Part shown: positions 58,209 through 64,000 of the stretch, piece after piece
Layout: every line of letters begins with the position of its first letter
Position numbering within the stretch: the stretch's first letter is position 1
Assembly (NCBI GenBank): GCA_963818245.1
Contig: CAWFSD010000003.1
Location: 14,492 to 78,491 of the forward strand
Length of the DNA stretch: 64,000 bases
Direction: 5' to 3'
From: an uncultured Planctomycetota bacterium
GTDB taxonomy: Bacteria; Planctomycetota; UBA11346
The notes under the pieces: model-generated
Told to the model about the DNA's origin: nothing
Seen by the model: only the letters and a program-made list of their open reading frames with translations
Database searches by the model: none
Translations under genes and position numbers: made by a program

Positions 58209-60314
58209 CTAATGGATCCTCTGCCCCGCCTTCGCCCCACTGTCCGGCGCGAGCAGGAAGATGTCCTTGTCCCCCGGTCCCGCCGCGACCGCCATGCCTT
58301 CGCTCAGGCCGAAGCTCATCTGCCGCGGCGCGAGGTTCGCCACCACCACGATCAACCGCCCGACCAGCACCTTGGGATCCGGATACGCCGTCTTGATCCC
58401 CGCGAAGATCGTGCGCCGCTCGCTGCCGCCGAGCGACACCGTCAACTTCAGGATCTTCTTGGCCTTCGGCACCTCCTCCGCCTCCACCACCAGGGCGGCG
58501 CGCAGGTCGATCTTCTGGAAGTCCTCGAAGGCGATGGTCGGCGCGAGCGGCTCGCCGGCGAAGGGCTCCGCGGCCGCCGTCGCGACCTGCGCGGCGGCGG
58601 CGACCGCGGGCGCCGCCGCGACCGGCGCGGGCGCCTCGGCCTGCGACGCGGTGATCATCGCCGCCACCTTGGCGCCCTCGAGCCGCGCCAGCAGGTGGCT
58701 GAACGGCGCGATCGCCCGGCCGGTCACCGGCGTGGCGGCGTCGCGCCAGGCGGTGATCGGCGCGCCGAGCAGCTCGCCGGCCTGGCGCGCCAGGTCGGGC
58801 AGGATCGGCGCGAGGTAGACGGCGAGCTGGCGGAACAGGTTGAGGCTGATGGTGCAGGCCGCGGCCAGCTCCGCGCCCTTGGCCGGGTCCTTCTTCAGCG
58901 CCCACGGCGCGTGCGCCTCGACGTAGGCGTTGGCCTTGTCCGCGAGCGCCATGATGCGGCGCGCGGCGTCGCCGTAGTCGCAGGATTCGTACGCGGCGGC
59001 GATGTCGTCCGCCGCGGCGGCGCCAGCGGCGAACAGCCCGCCGTCATCGGGGTAGGTCGCCGTCAGGTCCGGCACGAAGCGCGCCGTGCGGCTCGCCAGG
59101 TTGACCACCTTGCCGACCAGGTCGCTGTTCACCTTGGCGGTGAACTCGGCGAGGTTGAGGTCGATGTCCTCGACCTTGCCGTTCAGCTTCGACGCGAAGT
59201 AGTAGCGCAGGTAGGCGGGCTCGGCGACGTGCTCGAGGTAGGTGCGCGCGCGCACGAAGGTGCCCTTCGACTTCGACATCTTCGCGCCGTCGACGGTCAG
59301 GAAGCCGTGCACGTGCACCTGCGTCGGCAGCTTGTACCCGGCGGTCTGCAGCATCGCCGGCCAGAACAGCGTGTGGAAGTAGGTGATGTCCTTGCCGATG
59401 AAGTGGTGGACCTCGACCGCGGGATCCGAGAACGCCGGGTCGTGGCGCTTCGGCCACCAGCGCGCGACCGGGCCGGGCAGCTTGCCCGCGGCGATGGCGT
59501 CGCTGAGGCTGGCCAGGTAGCCCACCGGCGCGTCGACCCACACGTAGAAGTAGTTGCCCGGCGCGTCGGGGATCTCGAAGCCGAAGTACGGCGCGGGGCG
59601 GCTGACGTCCCAGTCGCGCAGCTCTTCGGACAGGAACGCGCCGTGCAGCCAGTTGGCGATCTCGCCCTGCAGCGCGCCGCTGCGCGTCCACTCCTTGAGG
59701 AAGCCGCGGAACGGTTCGAGGCGCACGAAGTAGTGGCGCGCCGAGCGCACCTCGGGGGTGGTGCCGCTCAGCGTGCTGACCGCGTTCTTGAGGTCGCTGG
59801 GGCTGTAGGTCGCGCCGCACTTCTCGCACGAGTCGCCGTACTGGTCGGGCGTGGCGCACTTCGGGCAGGTGCCCTTGACGAAGCGGTCCGCCAGGAACGA
59901 GCCGACCTTGGCGTCGTAGAGCTGGGTGACGTCGCGTTCCGCGACGATCGCCGCGCCGCTGCCGTCCTTGGCCGCGCGCAGGGCCTTCCAGATCTCCGCG
60001 ACCAGGGTCTTGTTCGACGCGGAGTCGGTCGATCCGTAGTGGGTGAACTCCACCCCGAAGGCCGCGAAGTCGTCCTGGTGGGCGCGGCTCATCTCGGCCA
60101 TGATCTGCTGTTCGCTGCGCCCTTCCTGGCGGGCGCGGATCATGGTCGCGGTGCCGTGCGTGTCGTCGGCGCAGATGTAGGCGACCTGGTGCCCGCGCAG
60201 GCGCTGGAACCGCACCCACACGTCCGCCTGGATGTACTCGACCAGGTGGCCGATGTGGATGTGCCCGTTGACGTAGGGCAGGGCGGCGGTCACCAGGATC
60301 TGGCGCTCGGTCAT
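58209..60314 (-). CDS. metG: Methionine--tRNA ligase with C-terminal tRNA-binding domain
   Basis: [13 protein letters not shown], Zn knuckle CPKC..CEKC, KMSKS, and C-terminal [19 protein letters not shown]. Confidence 0.98.
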   Translation of the reverse strand: MTERQILVTAALPYVNGHIHIGHLVEYIQADVWVRFQRLRGHQVAYICADDTHGTATMIRARQEGRSEQQIMAEMSRAHQDDFAAFGVEFTHYGSTDSASNKTLVAEIWKALRAAKDGSGAAIVAERDVTQLYDAKVGSFLADRFVKGTCPKCATPDQYGDSCEKCGATYSPSDLKNAVSTLSGTTPEVRSARHYFVRLEPFRGFLKEWTRSGALQGEIANWLHGAFLSEELRDWDVSRPAPYFGFEIPDAPGNYFYVWVDAPVGYLASLSDAIAAGKLPGPVARWWPKRHDPAFSDPAVEVHHFIGKDITYFHTLFWPAMLQTAGYKLPTQVHVHGFLTVDGAKMSKSKGTFVRARTYLEHVAEPAYLRYYFASKLNGKVEDIDLNLAEFTAKVNSDLVGKVVNLASRTARFVPDLTATYPDDGGLFAAGAAAADDIAAAYESCDYGDAARRIMALADKANAYVEAHAPWALKKDPAKGAELAAACTISLNLFRQLAVYLAPILPDLARQAGELLGAPITAWRDAATPVTGRAIAPFSHLLARLEGAKVAAMITASQAEAPAPVAAAPAVAAAAQVATAAAEPFAGEPLAPTIAFEDFQKIDLRAALVVEAEEVPKAKKILKLTVSLGGSERRTIFAGIKTAYPDPKVLVGRLIVVVANLAPRQMSFGLSEGMAVAAGPGDKDIFLLAPDSGAKAGQRIH

Positions 60315-60372
60315 GGCGGCTCCGGGGGGTTGGAATCGTTGGGGGGAGCGGGGGGGGCGCAACCCCCTGGGA

Positions 60373-60416
60373 GGCACGAGGCACGAGGCACGAGGCACGA
60401 GGCGCGAGGCGCGAGG
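60373..60416. repeat. Heptamer array (GCACGAG/GCGCGAG)n
   Basis: Read directly, upstream of metG. Confidence 0.85.
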
Positions 60417-60732
60417 GGGGGCCTGGTCGTCAGGTGAGAGCAATCGAGCACGAGGAGCAGGCGTGAAGAGCGGAGGAGGAGAGGCCTTCATCATGGGGCC
60501 ATATGGCCCCTGTCTTATCGCCTGAAGCCCAGAGATCTTTTCGATTCCCCCGTTTCGATTCACCTCATCGCCATTTCGCCGCTCGCTTCACGCTTCTCGC
60601 CATTTCGCCGCTCGCCGCTCGCACCCACTTCCCGCGCTTCCACCGTGTCCCACGACCTCGCGCCTCACGTCGTCGCGCCTGCGCGGCGTCTGCGCCGCGC
60701 CCCCCACCGCTGGACCTGGCCGGCCTCGACCC

Positions 60733-62580
60733 ATGCTGGCGCGCATGGCGCCCACAGGCACGCCTGGCCGATCCGGGCCCGCCGCCACGCCCGGTGGCGC
60801 TGCGGCGGCGACACCGCCCGGCGGGGCGACCCGGCCGGCGGACACCGAGTTCGAGCTGATGGCGGCGCGCCTGCTCGGCACCGCGCAGGACCTGGTGGCG
60901 GGTACGGCCTTCGGGCCCTACACCATCCAGGAGCGCATCGGCCAGGGCGGCATGGGCGTGGTCTACCGCGCGCTGCACGCCACCCTCGCGCGCCCGGTGG
61001 CGCTGAAGATCATGCGCTCCGAGCTGGCCGGCGACGCCGGCTTCCTCGAGCGCTTCCTGCGCGAGGCGCGCGTCGCGGCGACGGTCGACCACCCGTGCCT
61101 GGTGCGCATCTACGACGCCGGCCGCCAGGACGGCATGCTGTTCATGGCCTTCGAGTTCGTGCCCGGCGGCGACCTCGAGGAGCTCATCGCGGCGCGCGGC
61201 CAGCTCGACTGGGAGGCCGCGGTGCGCCTGGTCGACGACTGCGCGCAGGGCCTGGCCGCGATCCACGCGGCCGGGCTGGTGCACCGCGACCTCAAGCCGC
61301 GCAACGTCTTCATCACCGCCGCGGGCTGCGCCAAGGTCGGCGACTTCGGCCTGGCGCGCAGCGCCTCCGGCGACGACCGCATGACCGCGACCGGGCTGGG
61401 CCTGGGCACGCCCGCCTACATGTCGCCGGAGCAGGCGCACGGTCACGGCGACCTCGACATCCGCAGCGACCTCTACGGCCTGGGCTGCGTGCTCTACGCG
61501 GCGCTCACCGGCAAGGCGCCGTACCAGGGCCAGACCTCGTGGATGATCGTCAACCAGGTGTGCAACGACCCCGCGCCCGACCCGCGCGCGCTGCGCCCCG
61601 ACCTGCCGGAGGAGCTCGCCAACCTGGTGCTGCGCGCCATGGCCAAGCGCCGCGAGGACCGCTACCAGGACCCCGCCGAGCTGCGCGCCGACCTCGCGCG
61701 CCTGCTGCCCGCGCTGAGCGGCCGTGCCGCGACCTCGCTGGCGCCCGCCGATCCCGCCGGCCGTCCGCCGCTGGCGATGCCGCCCGGCACGCTCGACCTG
61801 CTGCTGGGCCCGGCGGTGCCGTGGTGGTGGGCGACGCTCGCCGGCCTGACCGTGGCGCTGGCGCTGCTGCCGCTCGCGCTGTGCCCAGGCCTGCAGCTGC
61901 CCCGCCTGGGCGCGTGGCCCTACGACGAGCCCGGCCTGTGGGGGATCATCGCGCTGCTGACCACCATCGCCGCCGGCCTGCTGTGGGTGCCGCTGCGCAC
62001 CCTGCACATCCGCCTCGCCGCCGCCGGCCGCGCCGGCGTGCGCCGCTCCGCGCGCCTGCCGCTGGGCGCGCTCGACGCGTGGCCGGGCCTGGCCGCCGGC
62101 GTCACCGCCGCCGGCCTGATGGCCGTGCTGCTGGGCGGCGCGCTGTGCGCGCTGTTCCGCTGGAGCGGTCCCGCGTGGGACGGCTGCGTGCTGGCCGGCG
62201 GCGCGGCCGCCGCCGCGGCCTGGCTCACCGTGTGGTGGACGCACCCGCTGCGCGGCGACCCGCTCGCCCTCGCCCGCCGCCACCTGCCGCGCCTGGCCAT
62301 CACCGGCTGCGCCCAGCTCGCCCTCGCGCTGTTCTGCCACCTGCTGGTGCGCAGCCGCCTCGCCGCCGAGCCCGCCATCCGCCCGTCGCGCAGCGCGCTG
62401 GAGTCGCTGCGCGACAGCGTGCGCGGCCTGTTCAAGCCGCCGCTGCACCTCGACGCGCCCGCGATCCTCGATTGGCCGACCACGATCGCCGTGTCCGTCG
62501 GCATCGCGCTGGTGATCGCGCTGCTGGTGCCGGTGGTGGGGATGCAGATCGTGCTGCGGAAGCGGACGACGCTGCTGTAG
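60733..62580 (+). CDS. Ser/Thr protein kinase with a multi-TM C-terminal domain
   Basis: IGQGGMGVVY, VALK, HRDLKPRN, DFG and GTPAYMSPE; about six hydrophobic helices C-terminally. Confidence 0.93.
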   Translation: MLARMAPTGTPGRSGPAATPGGAAAATPPGGATRPADTEFELMAARLLGTAQDLVAGTAFGPYTIQERIGQGGMGVVYRALHATLARPVALKIMRSELAGDAGFLERFLREARVAATVDHPCLVRIYDAGRQDGMLFMAFEFVPGGDLEELIAARGQLDWEAAVRLVDDCAQGLAAIHAAGLVHRDLKPRNVFITAAGCAKVGDFGLARSASGDDRMTATGLGLGTPAYMSPEQAHGHGDLDIRSDLYGLGCVLYAALTGKAPYQGQTSWMIVNQVCNDPAPDPRALRPDLPEELANLVLRAMAKRREDRYQDPAELRADLARLLPALSGRAATSLAPADPAGRPPLAMPPGTLDLLLGPAVPWWWATLAGLTVALALLPLALCPGLQLPRLGAWPYDEPGLWGIIALLTTIAAGLLWVPLRTLHIRLAAAGRAGVRRSARLPLGALDAWPGLAAGVTAAGLMAVLLGGALCALFRWSGPAWDGCVLAGGAAAAAAWLTVWWTHPLRGDPLALARRHLPRLAITGCAQLALALFCHLLVRSRLAAEPAIRPSRSALESLRDSVRGLFKPPLHLDAPAILDWPTTIAVSVGIALVIALLVPVVGMQIVLRKRTTLL

Positions 62581-62711
62581 GCGCGAGGCGCCTCTCGCCC
62601 CTCGAGCTGTCACACGTCTCTGCAACGGTGGAGTTTGGCACGCCGAACGCCCGTTCCGGCTGTTCCTGACCCCCCGCGGGCCGGCCTGTCGGCTTCCGCA
62701 ACGGAGATGTC

Positions 62712-63780
62712 GTGGCCGAAGACCCGAATGGCGGCGAAAAGACGGAGATGCCGACGCCCAAGCGCCTGCAGGACGCCCGCAACGACGGGCAGGTCGCGTT
62801 CTCGTCCGAAGCCAACATCGCCGGGCTGCTGATCATCGGCTTCGCCACCCTGGCGGTGATGGGGCCGAGCTTCTGCCAGGCGATGGGCAACATCATCACC
62901 CGCTGCCTGGGCGACGCCCTGACCTGGGACCTGGAAGGCGGCGGCCTGCGCCGGCTGATCGTCACCATGTGCGCCCCGGCCTTCGCCTGGCTGCTGCCCT
63001 TCCTGGGCGTCCTGTTCGCGGCCGGCCTGGGCCTGTGCATCGCCCAGGTCGGCTTCCACGTCTCGGGCAAGGCGCTGGTCCCCAAGCTCAACCGCGTCAG
63101 CCCGTTCACCGGCTTCCAGCGCCTGTTCGGCTACCGCGGGCTGATGCGCGTGCTGCTCAGCGCGCTCAAGCTGACGGCGGTGATCCTGGTCTCCTGGCAC
63201 GTGCTGCAGGTGGACATCCCGGGGATGGTGCCGATCAGCCTCGACCTGGCCGCGCGCATGGGCCACGAGTCGCACACGCTGTTCACGTTCGGGATGAAGG
63301 TGGCCTGCGTGCTGGCGCTGATCGCGGCTGGGGACTTCATCTTCCAGCGCTGGCAGCACACGCGGGATATGATGATGACGAAGCAGGAGGTGAAGGAGGA
63401 GTACAAGCAGTCGGAGGGCGACCCGCTCGTCAAGAGTAAAATCCGGCAAATTCAGCGGCAGATGGCGCAGCGGCGCATGATGCAGGAGGTGCCGAAGGCG
63501 GACGTGGTGATCACCAACCCCACGCACGTCGCGGTCGCGCTCGAAATACGACAAGGCGAACATGGCGGCGCCGGTGGTGGTGGCGAAGGGCTACGACGAG
63601 GTGGCGCGGCGCATCAAGGAGTTGGCGGCGAAGCACAACATCGTGATGGTGGAGAACGTGGCGCTGGCGCGGGCGCTGGCGAAGGAGGTGGATATCGGGA
63701 AGGCGATTCCGACGAAGTGGTATCAGTCGGTGGCGGAGGTGCTGAGCATGGTTTACAAGGTGAAGAAGGGGAAGAAGTAG
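62712..63780 (+). CDS. flhB: Flagellar export switch protein FlhB (apparent 1-bp insertion at ~63543)
   Basis: EKTEMPTPKRL, MMTKQEVKEEYKQSEGDP and NPTH; then KYDKANMAAPVVVAKG..ENVALARAL in the next frame. Confidence 0.93.
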
Positions 63781-64000
63781 ACCTTACATACCGCGGTCTA
63801 GAAACCATTTGATTTATGGACATGCATAAATTCAGCGAACGGGACGGAAATCGCTTACGGACCGCGATTCTGCGCCAGGAGCGGAAGCGCGCGCAGCGTG
63901 GTGAGGGGGCAGAGATCGCGAACCGTGAGCGCTGAGTGGTTCAGGCTGCGTTTCCCCAGGCCGCACGCCTGGGAACGGTTGTGCCGCCCGCACCGCTGGC

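Noticed and set aside
60315..60732. SAM riboswitch or T-box upstream of metG
   Set aside because: Only small palindromes (GGGGCCATATGGCCCC) and short repeats; no S-box or T-box consensus found.
63520..63562. Programmed split or frameshift of FlhB next to the NPTH autocleavage site
   Set aside because: A single extra base restores ALKYD, there is no slippery sequence, and similar indels occur throughout the window.

Overview
High-GC bacterial chromosomal window. The gene content (pilin-like cassette, NPCBM protein, Ser/Thr kinases, lipid A acyltransferase, flagellar genes) suggests a PVC/Planctomycetota-like organism, but this is inference. Positions 1 to ~11.2 kb are the visibly lower-GC end of an integrative element inserted at the 3' end of a tRNA-Gly(GCC). 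It carries a tyrosine integrase, an excisionase, RadC/JAB, a DUF932-like gene, a RecE-like remnant and RHH genes. It also holds an unusual cluster of about seven XRE-type HTH domains, one gene of which is split in frame by an IS4-family element, next to a 4 x 21-bp phased repeat array. The backbone contains marC, thiD, dprA, hemH, DUF3419, a complete En-minus group II intron inserted into a REP-like hairpin, a three-gene giant pseudopilin cassette, an uncharacterised NfeD/YqiJ-flotillin-giant AAA ATPase operon, flgM with a sigma-28 promoter, trpC, metG and flhB. Intergenic DNA is full of 7-bp tandem arrays and two palindromic MITE/REP families, one nested inside the other. About ten single-base frameshifts in unrelated conserved genes point to long-read indel errors rather than true pseudogenes. 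No CRISPR array or rRNA was seen.
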